Of a DNA stretch of 64,000 bases, positions 26,958 to 36,792 are shown piece after piece; position 1 is the stretch's first letter, and each line of letters begins with the position of its first letter. The DNA is from an uncultured Methanosarcinales archaeon. Its GTDB lineage: Archaea > Nanobdellota > Nanobdellia > Woesearchaeales > CAIVOO01. A program made the translations under genes and the position numbers. Under the pieces are notes generated by a model, which saw only the letters and a program-made list of their open reading frames with translations, was not told the origin of the DNA and made no database searches. The stretch spans positions 33,673 to 97,672 of the forward strand of contig CAZAIK010000004.1 in assembly GCA_964485195.1 (NCBI GenBank). Direction: 5' to 3'.

Positions 26958-27823
26958 TATTGATATTAGTGGGACTCTTTATCTTAAGCTGGCTCCTGGT
27001 TTCCCTCTTTAGCGAGTCAAAGTTCGGAAACGTCGCCCACATAGAAGTTAACGGGATAATACTTTCTGAGGACACAGGAGGGCTTTTCGGAGATGCAATA
27101 GCTTCATCGACAGACATCGCAGGTTTTATTGAAGATGCTAATGAAGACATCAATATAAGGGCAATACTTCTTGAGATTAACTCTCCCGGAGGAGCTCCTG
27201 TTGCTTCTGCTGAAATAGCGGATGCTGTGAAGAAGTCCAACAAGACAGTTGTGGCGTGGATCAGGGACACTGGAACTTCCGGAGCTTACTGGGCCGCCTC
27301 CCCTGCCTACAAAATCGTGGCCCACCCCCTGTCAATAACAGGAAGCATAGGAGTTCTGGGCTCTTATCTTCAGTATTCAGGACTGCTGGAAAGGTTCAAC
27401 ATAACGTACGAGAGATTGGTGGCGGGAGAGTACAAGGACATGGGCAGCCCGTTCAAGAAGCTGGAGCCGGATGAAAAGAGAAGCCTGCAGCACACCCTGG
27501 ACTTAATGCACGAGTATTTCATCCAGTCTGTCGCTGAAAACAGGGGGATGAGACTTGAAGAAATGCGGGAAATCGCTGACGGGAAATTCTTTCTGGGAAT
27601 GGAAGCCAAAGAAACAGGACTGGTTGATTTCCTTGGCGGGCAGGAAATAGCAGAGGAGATAATAAAGAAAAGGGAAAACCTTGCAGCGGTCCACCTGGTA
27701 AAATATGAGCAAAAAAGAACCTTGCTTGATATGCTTGCCAGCGTTGTGGGCAATATGGGCTTTTCCTTTGGCAAGGGCTTCTCGCACGGACTGCTTGAGC
27801 AAAGAGCTCCTGCCTGGACCTGA
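26933..27823 (+). CDS. sppA: Signal peptide peptidase SppA (S49 family).
   Basis: AILLEINSPGG and GTSGAYWAAS...GSIGV motifs. Confidence 0.8.
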   Translation: MAGKTKTVILILVGLFILSWLLVSLFSESKFGNVAHIEVNGIILSEDTGGLFGDAIASSTDIAGFIEDANEDINIRAILLEINSPGGAPVASAEIADAVKKSNKTVVAWIRDTGTSGAYWAASPAYKIVAHPLSITGSIGVLGSYLQYSGLLERFNITYERLVAGEYKDMGSPFKKLEPDEKRSLQHTLDLMHEYFIQSVAENRGMRLEEMREIADGKFFLGMEAKETGLVDFLGGQEIAEEIIKKRENLAAVHLVKYEQKRTLLDMLASVVGNMGFSFGKGFSHGLLEQRAPAWT

Positions 27824-28201
27824 TTTCAGTTAAATTTTTATATTTCAGCTGATTTTAGGCGCTAAGTGGGGGCGGATTCAAACCTGGAGTCAAGAATAAA
27901 AACTAATTCTCTGGTAGCGCGCAAAGAAGGCAATGTCATTTATCCTGCAGCGTTCTTTAATAGCAAGGGAATACCCAACAGGCCTTTGAACACTGATGAA
28001 ATTGCGAAAGTGGTGAGAATGGATTTTGCGCACGGCACTCCCCTGATAAAGCAGGATTTTGAGAAATGGAAAGAGCTGGCAATAAATGTATCTGTTTACT
28101 GCGCGACCGTTGCAGGTGTTGCTTCACTGGCATACATAACCTGCAGGGGAATAGTTGAGATAGCAAAATATTTTTGATTGTTAACAGGCGCATTTTTGAC
28201 C

Positions 28202-28618
28202 TTAATCCAGTGATTTGAACATTATGTGCTGGTCTTTTGTTTCATACCACTTGGGGATTCTTCCCACATCCTCAAAGCCGAACCTTTCAAAGAATTCCCT
28301 GTCAGGAGTGTCAAGCGCAACCCTCTTAAATCCCTCTTTCCTTGCCTCTTCAAAAAACTTCTCCATAAGCTTGCCGGCATAGCCCTGTATCCTGCAATTT
28401 TTCCTGACAACTATGAAGTACAGCCAGCAGGAGTTCTCACCCTCAGCCCTCGCTCCCAAGGCGCCTATTATTTCTCCATCTTCTGTGATTTTTAGACATA
28501 TGGAATCTTTGCTGATTATTAAGTCATTTACCAGCTCTTTAGTGTAAGCCATCCTTTCACTTTCCTCCATGATCTCATAAATCCTGTCAATGTCCTTGGT
28601 AGTGGCATATTCTATCAT
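28202..28618 (-). CDS. GNAT-family N-acetyltransferase.
   Basis: RKNCRIQGYAGKLMEKFFEEARKEGFKRV matches GNAT motif A. Confidence 0.7.
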   Translation of the reverse strand: MIEYATTKDIDRIYEIMEESERMAYTKELVNDLIISKDSICLKITEDGEIIGALGARAEGENSCWLYFIVVRKNCRIQGYAGKLMEKFFEEARKEGFKRVALDTPDREFFERFGFEDVGRIPKWYETKDQHIMFKSLD

Positions 28619-28653
28619 TCTCTCCCCAAGAAAACATTGTTATAAAAATTTTT

Positions 28654-29283
28654 CTAAATGTCCTCCAGGTTAACAATGGCTTTTTTGGTTTCTCCATAGG
28701 CTATTCTGGGGCACATTGTGTTAACCCAGCACTGGATAAAGGGAAAATTATCCAAATACGAAATGTTCAGTGTTTCTGTCAGGAAGTAAAAGAACTGCTT
28801 GTCTGGATATTTCTTCCCGAGCCTTTCCCTGTCAATATCAGCTGCCTGTCCTTTTTTTGTCGTGATTAAAACACCAATCTTGTCTGCTCCCAGGAATTTT
28901 GTTATCGTCGCTTTTTTCCTTGTCCTGGTTTTTTGCATTTCCATTTCACTTATCTCGAAAACCTCATTTTCAAGAGGGTTGGCTGTGACTATTTTCTTAA
29001 TGCCTTCCAACCCTGTCGGATGGAACCTTCCCGAGCCGATGAACAATATGCAGTCAGCTTTTCCAGAAATCTTTCCTGCGTTAATGACATTGCATCCCAG
29101 AACCTGCCCGCCCACAAAAACCTTCCTCTTGTTTTTCTCAAGAAACTCCCTTGCCTCCTCCAGCTTGTGCAGGTGCTGGGCTGTCGTAACAATCCCAACT
29201 ATATCAGGCAGTTTTTCCAGGGCTTTTTTAAGCACAGGGATTATGTCAACATCAGACTCTGCAGGTATGAATACTGTTTTCAT
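28654..29283 (-). CDS. Dph2-like 2-(3-amino-3-carboxypropyl)histidine synthase homolog, missing the N-terminal domain.
   Basis: VGIVTTAQHLHKLEEAREFL, QVLGC and NTMCPRIAY match Dph2 domains 2 and 3. At 209 aa it lacks domain 1 (about 340 aa expected). Confidence 0.55.
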   Translation of the reverse strand: MKTVFIPAESDVDIIPVLKKALEKLPDIVGIVTTAQHLHKLEEAREFLEKNKRKVFVGGQVLGCNVINAGKISGKADCILFIGSGRFHPTGLEGIKKIVTANPLENEVFEISEMEMQKTRTRKKATITKFLGADKIGVLITTKKGQAADIDRERLGKKYPDKQFFYFLTETLNISYLDNFPFIQCWVNTMCPRIAYGETKKAIVNLEDI

Positions 29284-29696
29284 TCTGTCTTAATATCCCC
29301 TATGTTTTTTAAAGTTATCCACGCGCACATATTCCCATGACCTTTTTTGCTTATCTTGAATGTTTTTAGCCTTCTCACGTTCTTGATGAATATCAGCGTG
29401 CAAAATTTTTTGTCTTTTACCATGCCCAAACGAGAAAGGCTAATGCCAATCCTGCTGCCGTACTTTTTGATAATCCCCTCTATTTTGGCTTTGTCCAGAT
29501 GTTCAAAAAACAATGCCTTTTCAACTTCACACTTTGCCGACACCGGTTTTCCGGGCTCTTTGAGATAAACAGTTTCCCCTGCCCTTATATTACCAAAAGG
29601 CGCTTTCCTGGACCTGTACCATCTGGACTCTATGCTTTTTTCTCCTGAAAGAATCATCCCGAAGAAAGGCTGCCTTACAATTGCCAGATGGTCCAT
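29280..29696 (-). CDS. ASCH-domain (PUA-like) protein.
   Basis: AIVRQPFFGMILSGEKSIESRWY matches the ASCH signature. Its stop overlaps the Dph2-like start. Confidence 0.6.
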   Translation of the reverse strand: MDHLAIVRQPFFGMILSGEKSIESRWYRSRKAPFGNIRAGETVYLKEPGKPVSAKCEVEKALFFEHLDKAKIEGIIKKYGSRIGISLSRLGMVKDKKFCTLIFIKNVRRLKTFKISKKGHGNMCAWITLKNIGDIKTE

Positions 29697-29777
29697 TTTG
29701 GCAAACTTATTGTTGTTGAGGATATATAAACCTTGCTGACCTAAAGATTTAAATTATTAATCCTGCTTATCCTTTTC

Positions 29778-30083
29778 ATGAGGGTGTTATTCATCTGCAA
29801 CCAGAACCTGCACAGGAGCAGAACTGCTGAAGACGTATTCAGGGGATTGTTTGAAACCAAATCAGCCGGGCTTTTCAATGAAAAACCAGTGACAGAGGAG
29901 CAGGTTGCCTGGGCAGACCTTGTTTTTGTTACGGAGGACTTTCAAAGGAAGGAGATTGCGAAAAGGTTTCCCAAACAATATATGAAGAAAAGAATAGTTT
30001 CATTTAACATTCCTGACGCTTACCAGTACGGGGATGAAAAGTTAATAACACTGTTAAAAAAGGGAGTCAGAGCATCACTTTAA
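29778..30083 (+). CDS. Small low-molecular-weight phosphotyrosine phosphatase / arsenate reductase-like protein.
   Basis: VLFICNQNLHRSRTAE contains the CX5R P-loop. Confidence 0.6.
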   Translation: MRVLFICNQNLHRSRTAEDVFRGLFETKSAGLFNEKPVTEEQVAWADLVFVTEDFQRKEIAKRFPKQYMKKRIVSFNIPDAYQYGDEKLITLLKKGVRASL

Positions 30084-30171
30084 CCATCTCTCAACCTGTT
30101 TTCCCGCTTCCTCTTTCGTGCTGTATGTTTCTGTCCTTCAGTTCTCCCCTTACCATTCCTCATCCTGATTT

Positions 30172-30678
30172 TCATTTTTCTTCCAGTCTCTTAATGATTT
30201 TTTCAACAGAATCAAGCGTTGTCTTCTTTGCCTCATCAAACACGTCAGTTACAACCTTTTCAGCGGATTTTTCAAGGCCTTTCAGCCGGTGGCTTAAGTC
30301 CCCCACCTGGCTGTTCTCACATATGGGAAGCTTTTGGCCTGTTTCTGCATTAAGGAGATATGCCTTGTCCCCTCCCTCGGTGTGCTCTACCAGGACACGC
30401 AAATCATAAGGATTATTTGCAAATTTCTCTGCCGGCTCTTTCCCTGCGTTTATCCTCTTTATGGCCCCATAGCCAGTCTCCACTATTTCCTGGGCTGTAT
30501 TTTCATCTTTTGTCTTCCCCAGCTCTTTCAGAAGGGTTTCTTCATACTCTTGTTTTTGGAAGACAACCTGGTTGAAAATGCCGGCTATGTCAGGTATGTT
30601 TTCATAATTGGTCTTAATGCCCAGATAGCCTGTTCCCAGTGCCGCAAAGGCGGCAATCGTGGCAATTGTCCTTTTCAT
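30172..30678 (-). CDS. Secreted or membrane-anchored hypothetical protein.
   Basis: Signal/anchor sequence MKRTIATIAAFAALGTGYLG. Confidence 0.4.
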   Translation of the reverse strand: MKRTIATIAAFAALGTGYLGIKTNYENIPDIAGIFNQVVFQKQEYEETLLKELGKTKDENTAQEIVETGYGAIKRINAGKEPAEKFANNPYDLRVLVEHTEGGDKAYLLNAETGQKLPICENSQVGDLSHRLKGLEKSAEKVVTDVFDEAKKTTLDSVEKIIKRLEEK

Positions 30679-30769
30679 AAGAAACCAGATCACGGCGTCA
30701 TATTTATTTTTAATAAGTTGCGGGAAGGACGACAACATTATTTAAACGACAAGGGAGGTTAGGTTGTGA

Positions 30770-31102
30770 ATGCAGGAAAAAACCCTCCTGAAACTTTCCC
30801 TTATTGTGAGCATAACAGGCATCGCGCTCCTGTTTTTTATCTCTGTTTATGCGGAAAGTAATGAAAATTTTCAGTTATTGGGCGAGGGGGATTTTGCAGT
30901 GGTCAGAGGACAGGTCTTAACAGCAAGGACATCAGGGAATATAACCTTTCTCAGGGTCGCTCCCGAGGGGGCAATAACAGCGGTAATCTTTGGAAATGAT
31001 TACCTCGCTCTCGGTGAGGGGGACAATGTCGAGATGAGAGGTGTTGTGGAAGAATACAAGGGGGAAAAAGAGCTTATAGTGGAAGAGATGAGGAAGATAT
31101 GA
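30770..31102 (+). CDS. Small secreted protein.
   Basis: Signal/TM segment followed by a beta-rich domain. Confidence 0.4.
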   Translation: MQEKTLLKLSLIVSITGIALLFFISVYAESNENFQLLGEGDFAVVRGQVLTARTSGNITFLRVAPEGAITAVIFGNDYLALGEGDNVEMRGVVEEYKGEKELIVEEMRKI

Positions 31103-31981
31103 TTATGCTTTTTCCTGGAGGTAAAGCAGGTCCTCTGTTGTGATTTTTTCACCTTTTTTGAGCTTGTCCTCCACTTCCTCTTTCTTTGCTTTTACCCGCT
31201 GTCTTGATATTTTGGGCTCTTCCTTCTTCCTTGCTCTCTCCTTTTTCTTTTTTTCAGCTTTGCTGCCGATTTCAGCTGCATTGGAGAGTTTTAGGTTTAG
31301 CTCCTCGCTGACTTCGTTGAATTTCTTCCTTTTTTCCTCAAATGATTTTGATAGCTCTTTTTCTTTCTCCCTCAGCTCGTTTAGCTGTTTGGAGATGGCG
31401 CCTATCTGCTCGTGCTTTTCCTGGCTCTCCCCTGCCTTCTCCTGTATCCTGTTATGAACTTCATCTGCCTTTTTCCTTGCCTCATCCGCCTCTCTGGAGA
31501 GCTTGTGCGTTTTTTCTATGATTTCCCTGGAATCTCCGGCTTCATCAAGCATTTTCTTTTTCTCCTTGATGAGCTTCATTATCTCCTTTTCCTTGCCGTG
31601 GGACATAACCTGCGTTTCAACTTTCCTTTCCAGCCCCTCTATTTCCTTCTTGATGCTCACAGGGTCGGTCTTGATGTTGGACTTCTGGAGAGCCTGCTTT
31701 TTTTCCCTGTTGGCTTCCTTTAATTTTGATAGAATCTCCTTGAGATTTTCATTAAGCTCCTGTCTTTTTTCCTTTAATTCTTTCACCCCTCCAGTGAGCT
31801 TGTTCCTTTCGCTCTTGAGCATTTTGAGGTTCCTAATATGCTCCCTTATCTTTTCCCTTAACTTCTTGAGCTCAGAAAAAGCGCTCTCTTTCTCTCTGTC
31901 AGAATCATTCAGCCTTTTTTTCAGGGCAGAGATGTCTCTGGAAAATCCTCTTGTCTGATTCAAGTCTTCTCTTTCTGCCAT
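31103..31981 (-). CDS. Lys/Glu-rich coiled-coil protein.
   Basis: Heptad repeats across 292 aa. Confidence 0.45.
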   Translation of the reverse strand: MAEREDLNQTRGFSRDISALKKRLNDSDREKESAFSELKKLREKIREHIRNLKMLKSERNKLTGGVKELKEKRQELNENLKEILSKLKEANREKKQALQKSNIKTDPVSIKKEIEGLERKVETQVMSHGKEKEIMKLIKEKKKMLDEAGDSREIIEKTHKLSREADEARKKADEVHNRIQEKAGESQEKHEQIGAISKQLNELREKEKELSKSFEEKRKKFNEVSEELNLKLSNAAEIGSKAEKKKKERARKKEEPKISRQRVKAKKEEVEDKLKKGEKITTEDLLYLQEKA

Positions 31982-32052
31982 CCTTTATCACGGTCATCCT
32001 GCGGTCATAGCCGCTGATTTTGGGCTTCATTCAAAACAGGAAAGCAAAAAAA

Positions 32053-32361
32053 TTATCCGAAGAGGGAACCCAGACCTGCTGCAGCCTGCTCTTCAGATAC
32101 CTTTTCTTCCTTTGCTTCTTCCTTCTTTTCAGGCGCTTTTTCTTCAGCTGCAGGCGCTTCTGCTGCCGGAGCTGCCGCCGGAACAGCCGCTGCCTTTTCA
32201 ATGGCCTCGTCAATATTGACTCCTTCCAATGCAGCCACAAGAGCCTTGACTCTTGTGTCATCAACCTGCACGCCAGCTGCCTCAAGCACCTTCTTTACAG
32301 ATGCTTCGTCTACCTTTTTCCCTGCTTTGTGAAGCAACATTGCTGCATATACATATTCCAT
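32053..32361 (-). CDS. Ribosomal stalk protein P1 (L12e).
   Basis: [11 protein letters not shown] and a C-terminal [18 protein letters not shown]. Confidence 0.9.
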   Translation of the reverse strand: MEYVYAAMLLHKAGKKVDEASVKKVLEAAGVQVDDTRVKALVAALEGVNIDEAIEKAAAVPAAAPAAEAPAAEEKAPEKKEEAKEEKVSEEQAAAGLGSLFG

Positions 32362-32379
32362 TTTTTACCTCCTTAAATG

Positions 32380-33246
32380 TCAAACATTGGTCTTGTTCTT
32401 CAGCGCGCTTGCCTGCGCCACGGCCCTTGCAAGTATTAACCCAACAACTTCCTTCTCCAGTATTCCCTGCTCTATCGCAAGTGATTTTGCCTCGCTGAAA
32501 GCCTTGGTCACAAGCAGTTCTATGTTTTCCTTTGTCAATATGCCCGCTTCAACAGAAAGGTTGAAAGCCTGCGCTGCCGCCTTGCTTATGCTGTCAAAGT
32601 ATTCCTTCTCGTCAATGTCAAGTGTTTCTGCGGCGAGTATGTCGCCGTTTTCAAATATTGCTGTTACGTCAAGCCCTATTTCCATGGGCTTTATGTTGAA
32701 CTTGGACAAAAGATTGGCAACCTTCTCGCTGATTACATCTCCCTTTCTTGCAGCCATGAAGTCTGACTTTATGGCCACCTTGCCCTGCTCGATTCCAGCC
32801 TTTACGCCCAAGGCGCCAAGCTCTCCCACGATGGGACCGGGCCCGAATTCAGTGGGCCCTGCAGGGATTATCAAATCCTTGGGGGCTGTCTGGCCCGCCT
32901 TTGCAGCTGCCGGTGTCTTGTTCTTCTTTATCCTGCTGAAAATCCTGAAGGGATCTTCCCTTGTGAACATTAATGCGGGGATGCCTTCCAGGTAATTTTC
33001 AAGCTTTTCAATGCCCTTAACCTCTTTTTTTAAATCTTCAAGGGCTATTTTCATAAGCCTCTTCTTGGTCATGTAAATCCTGAGATGATCCTTTAATCTC
33101 CTCTTGATCATCTGAAGCTGTGCGCAGGGAAGGTTGGTCATGTCAACTATTCCTATCACAGGGTACTCCTTTACCAGATTCTCAACTTCCCTTACCTGCT
33201 TCTTCTTCTTTTCTGTTATGTGAGGTTTTGGTTTTTCTTCAGGCAT
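32380..33246 (-). CDS. Ribosomal protein P0 (L10e), acidic stalk protein.
   Basis: L10 fold, with a C-terminal region similar to P1. Confidence 0.85.
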   Translation of the reverse strand: MPEEKPKPHITEKKKKQVREVENLVKEYPVIGIVDMTNLPCAQLQMIKRRLKDHLRIYMTKKRLMKIALEDLKKEVKGIEKLENYLEGIPALMFTREDPFRIFSRIKKNKTPAAAKAGQTAPKDLIIPAGPTEFGPGPIVGELGALGVKAGIEQGKVAIKSDFMAARKGDVISEKVANLLSKFNIKPMEIGLDVTAIFENGDILAAETLDIDEKEYFDSISKAAAQAFNLSVEAGILTKENIELLVTKAFSEAKSLAIEQGILEKEVVGLILARAVAQASALKNKTNV

Positions 33247-33247
33247 T

Positions 33248-33907
33248 TTACATCAGCTTTTCCGGTTTGCTCATAGTGAATTTGATAAAAACATCCTTGA
33301 CATTGTTCCTTCCTTTGGGAAGCTTGGACTCGAGCTGCGAAAAGGCCTCCACAACGTTGTCAGCAAGCTCCTCGTCGCTGAGGCTTTCCTTGCCCACAAA
33401 TATCTGCACCAAGGGAGAGGTTTTTGCTGTTATCTTGATAGTGTCCTGCAGCTTACCATACAAAGGCTTTAATGATGCCTTGGGAGGCACCACGCACCCC
33501 GCCTTGGGATTGGGCATCTTTCCCCTCGGCCCCAAGGCCTTACCAAAGGCTGCAGCAACCTTGGGCATTATGTCTGCCTGGGCAATGAAAAAGTCATATT
33601 CAGACGCAAGCTTTTTCATCTGCTTCTTGTCCTTTGTGTAACTGCTGAACTCGTCCACAGATATTGCCTTGTCGCAGACAGACCTGGCCTCTTCCAGAAG
33701 TTCAGGCCCCACCAGGGCGCAAACTTCCCTTTTCTTGCCGGTTTTCTTGTGAAAGGTTAAGAAGAAATCAACCTGCTCTTCGGATTTTTTCAAATCAATG
33801 TCTTTAAGATTTATGATTAAGTCAGTGCTTTGGTTAAATTTTCTTTTTTTTGCAGTTTCCCTCAGCTTCTTTAAAGCTTCTAAAACCTGTTTCTTTTCCA
33901 TTTCCAA
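33248..33907 (-). CDS. rpl1: Ribosomal protein L1.
   Basis: L1 family pattern (GKALGPRGKMPNPK). Confidence 0.85.
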   Translation of the reverse strand: MEMEKKQVLEALKKLRETAKKRKFNQSTDLIINLKDIDLKKSEEQVDFFLTFHKKTGKKREVCALVGPELLEEARSVCDKAISVDEFSSYTKDKKQMKKLASEYDFFIAQADIMPKVAAAFGKALGPRGKMPNPKAGCVVPPKASLKPLYGKLQDTIKITAKTSPLVQIFVGKESLSDEELADNVVEAFSQLESKLPKGRNNVKDVFIKFTMSKPEKLM

Positions 33908-34080
33908 CCCCTTCTATGCGCGCCAAGCTTATAGTATTAGCGGGATAGAGGAGTGGAAAAGCAGGGTGTTTATAAAGCTATCGGGATTTGGAAAGCAAGC
34001 TCTTAATCATTATATCGAAACCTTTATATACTACCCCCTCCTTAAATATTTCAGAGATGATTTCTGAGGGGAGTGCTTAA

Positions 34081-34728
34081 ATGCCAGAGAATTCAGAACA
34101 GCTTAAGACAGGAACAACAACAATCGCTGTTGTGTGTAAGGACAGCGTGGTATTGGGAGCTGACAGAAGGGCCACTGTAGGCGGTGGCATGATTGTCAAC
34201 AAGGACGTCCAGAAGATTTACCCCATTTCTGAGCATATGGCACTGACTATGGCAGGAAGCGTCTCTGACATACAATTAATAGTAAAGTTCATCAAGGCTC
34301 AGATCCGGCTTAAAAAAGTCAGGAGCGCAAGGGAGTTAAGAGTAAAGGAAACTGCAAACTTGCTGGCAGGGATTGTTTATGAAAACATAAGGAAGTTCAG
34401 CGCAATCCCCGGGCTTTCGCATTTCCTGCTTGGAGGATGGGATGAGGACGGACTGCACGTTTATGACATCTTTCCGGACGGCTCTGTAACAGACGTCAAG
34501 GATTATGTGAGCTCAGGCTCAGGAAGTGTTTTTGCTTATGGTGTTTTGGAAACACTGTTCAAGAAGGACTGCTCTGCTGAGGAAGGGACAAAGATAGTGA
34601 TAAAGTCCCTTAACGCGGCACTGCAGAGAGACACTGCTTCAGGCTCAGGATTTGATGTGGTGCAAATAACAAAAGATGGAGTTAAGAAGGTTCTGGGAAA
34701 AGAACTGAAACTTAAAGTTGAAGCATAA
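34081..34728 (+). CDS. psmB: Proteasome beta subunit.
   Basis: Propeptide followed by TTTIAVVCKDSVVLGADRRAT, with the active-site Thr. Confidence 0.9.
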   Translation: MPENSEQLKTGTTTIAVVCKDSVVLGADRRATVGGGMIVNKDVQKIYPISEHMALTMAGSVSDIQLIVKFIKAQIRLKKVRSARELRVKETANLLAGIVYENIRKFSAIPGLSHFLLGGWDEDGLHVYDIFPDGSVTDVKDYVSSGSGSVFAYGVLETLFKKDCSAEEGTKIVIKSLNAALQRDTASGSGFDVVQITKDGVKKVLGKELKLKVEA

Positions 34729-34761
34729 AAAATTTCTGTGAAATTAGAAATTTTCTGAAAA

Positions 34762-36654
34762 ATGGGAGACATAATAAAGGAGATTTTAAGTCAGCTGCCG
34801 GAGAACAAGGTAAGCGACGCTGTATTTGAGGGCGCCAACATTGTTCTCTACACAAAGGACATAGAATTTTTCCTGGACAACAAGGGAGTAATAAAAAAGA
34901 TAGTTGACAATATCAAGAAAAGGATAGAATTAAGGCCGGACCCTTCCTGCACTATGGATGCTGAAAGGGCTGAAAAGACCATAAAGGAATTGCTGCCTGA
35001 GGAGTCAGGAGTTGGCAACATAATCTTTGACCCCCAGCGCTCGCAGGTGGTGATTGAAGTTGAAAAGCCGGGCGTTGCCATCGGGAAGAATGGCGACTTG
35101 CTCAGGGGAATAAAGGAGAAAACACACTGGGTTCCCCTCATCAAGAGAACGCCACCGATAAGATCCTTGGTGGTTGAGAACATAAGGTCGGTGCTTTACC
35201 AGAACTCTGACTACAGGAGAAAGTTCCTTAACAAGATAGGGCACAGGATTTATGACGGCTGGATAAGGGGAAAAAAGCACGAGTGGATAAGGGTTACCTT
35301 TCTTGGAGGCGCAAGGCAGGTGGGAAGGTCGTGCATGCTTATACAAACCCCTGAGTCAAGGGTTATGATGGACTGCGGAATTAATGTTGCTGCAGAAGGG
35401 GAGCAGATGTATCCCCAGCTTGACGCGCCTGAAGTCAAGATAGACGAGCTGGATGCAGTCATAATCACCCACGCGCACCTTGACCATTCAGGGCTTGTCC
35501 CCTATCTTTTCAAGTTCGGCTACAGGGGGCCTGTTTACTGCACTGAAGCAACAAGGGATTTGATGGCCCTGCTCCAGCTGGACTTTGTGAAAATACAGCA
35601 GGGAGAGGGCAAGGATCCCATTTACACTGCCGAGGACATCAAGGAGATGGTAAAGCACACAGTCTGCCTCAGCTATGAGGAGGTTAGCGACATAACCCCT
35701 GATGTGAGATTGACACTTTACAATTCAGGCCATATCCTGGGAAGCGCAATGGCCCACCTTCACGTGGGAAACGGACTTCACAATCTGCTTTATACAGGCG
35801 ACTTGAAATTCGGAAAGACGCAGTTGTTCGCGCCTGCCGCCACCAGGTTCCCGAGGCTGGAGACACTGATATTGGAAAGCACTTACGGCGGCAAGGAAAA
35901 CGTGACGCCTCCCATTAAGGAGGAGGAGGAAGATTTCAGGAAGGTCGTGACAGACACAATCTCAAGAGGGGGCAAGGTCCTTATGCCTGTGCTTGGCTCT
36001 GGAAGGGGAGAGGACATGATGGTCATACTTGAGGAGATGATGCGAACAGGCAGGATAGAAAAGGTGCCTATTTACATTGACGGAATGGTGTGGGACATTA
36101 TGGCAATCCACACAGCTTATCCCGAATTCCTCAACAGTTCCATAAGAAAGAGAATATTCCACAAGGACGAGAATCCTTTCCTTTCAGACATTTTCAAGAG
36201 AATAGGCTCCAAGAAGGAGAGGCAGCAGGTAATTGAGAATTCAGGGCCGTGCGTCATTCTCGCAACTTCCGGAATGCTTGTGGGCGGCCCTTCTGTGGAA
36301 TACCTCAAGGCGTTGGCTGACAACCCTAAAAATTCCATAATTTTCACCTGCTTCCAGCCGGAAGGAAGCCTTGGCTACAGGATAAGGGCGGGTGAGAAGG
36401 AATTCACATTTGTAGAGGGAAAGAAAACAGAAGTTGTCCGGATAAACATGGACGTTCACAGGATGGAAATCACGGACCACGCAGACAGGAGGCAGCTGGT
36501 CAATTTCGTGCACAGGTGCGAGCCCAGGCCCAGAAAAATCATAATCAACCACGGGGAAAGCTCAAAATGCCTTGACCTGGCAAGCTCGCTTCACAGGCAG
36601 TACAGGGTTGAGACAGTCTGCCCCAGGAACCTGGAAACCTTGAGGCTGAAATAA
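34762..36654 (+). CDS. Archaeal CPSF1-type ribonuclease (KH domains, metallo-beta-lactamase, beta-CASP). Transcription termination factor aCPSF1/FttA.
   Basis: N-terminal KH repeats, HAHLDHSG metal-binding motif, beta-CASP region. Confidence 0.85.
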   Translation: MGDIIKEILSQLPENKVSDAVFEGANIVLYTKDIEFFLDNKGVIKKIVDNIKKRIELRPDPSCTMDAERAEKTIKELLPEESGVGNIIFDPQRSQVVIEVEKPGVAIGKNGDLLRGIKEKTHWVPLIKRTPPIRSLVVENIRSVLYQNSDYRRKFLNKIGHRIYDGWIRGKKHEWIRVTFLGGARQVGRSCMLIQTPESRVMMDCGINVAAEGEQMYPQLDAPEVKIDELDAVIITHAHLDHSGLVPYLFKFGYRGPVYCTEATRDLMALLQLDFVKIQQGEGKDPIYTAEDIKEMVKHTVCLSYEEVSDITPDVRLTLYNSGHILGSAMAHLHVGNGLHNLLYTGDLKFGKTQLFAPAATRFPRLETLILESTYGGKENVTPPIKEEEEDFRKVVTDTISRGGKVLMPVLGSGRGEDMMVILEEMMRTGRIEKVPIYIDGMVWDIMAIHTAYPEFLNSSIRKRIFHKDENPFLSDIFKRIGSKKERQQVIENSGPCVILATSGMLVGGPSVEYLKALADNPKNSIIFTCFQPEGSLGYRIRAGEKEFTFVEGKKTEVVRINMDVHRMEITDHADRRQLVNFVHRCEPRPRKIIINHGESSKCLDLASSLHRQYRVETVCPRNLETLRLK

Positions 36655-36792
36655 CAGGACATTGTGCCCGAACTTCTTAAACCTAAGGCAAAACTTTTCA
36701 TTAACCCAGGTTAAATGCCGGCACAGAAAATGTAACAGCTGGCTTAACCATCATACCACAATATTTAAATACACTTTAGTATAAAGCAGGTT

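Noticed and set aside
27850-27930. tRNA-like T-loop sequence GGCGGATTCAAACCTGGAG
   Set aside because: I could not fold a complete cloverleaf on either strand, as the acceptor and T-stems do not pair. It is probably a chance T-loop-like match inside or next to a weak ORF.
32020-32376. ORFs overlapping the P1 stalk gene on both strands
   Set aside because: The P1 frame (32053..32361, minus) carries the canonical C-terminal stalk motif, so the others are frame artefacts.
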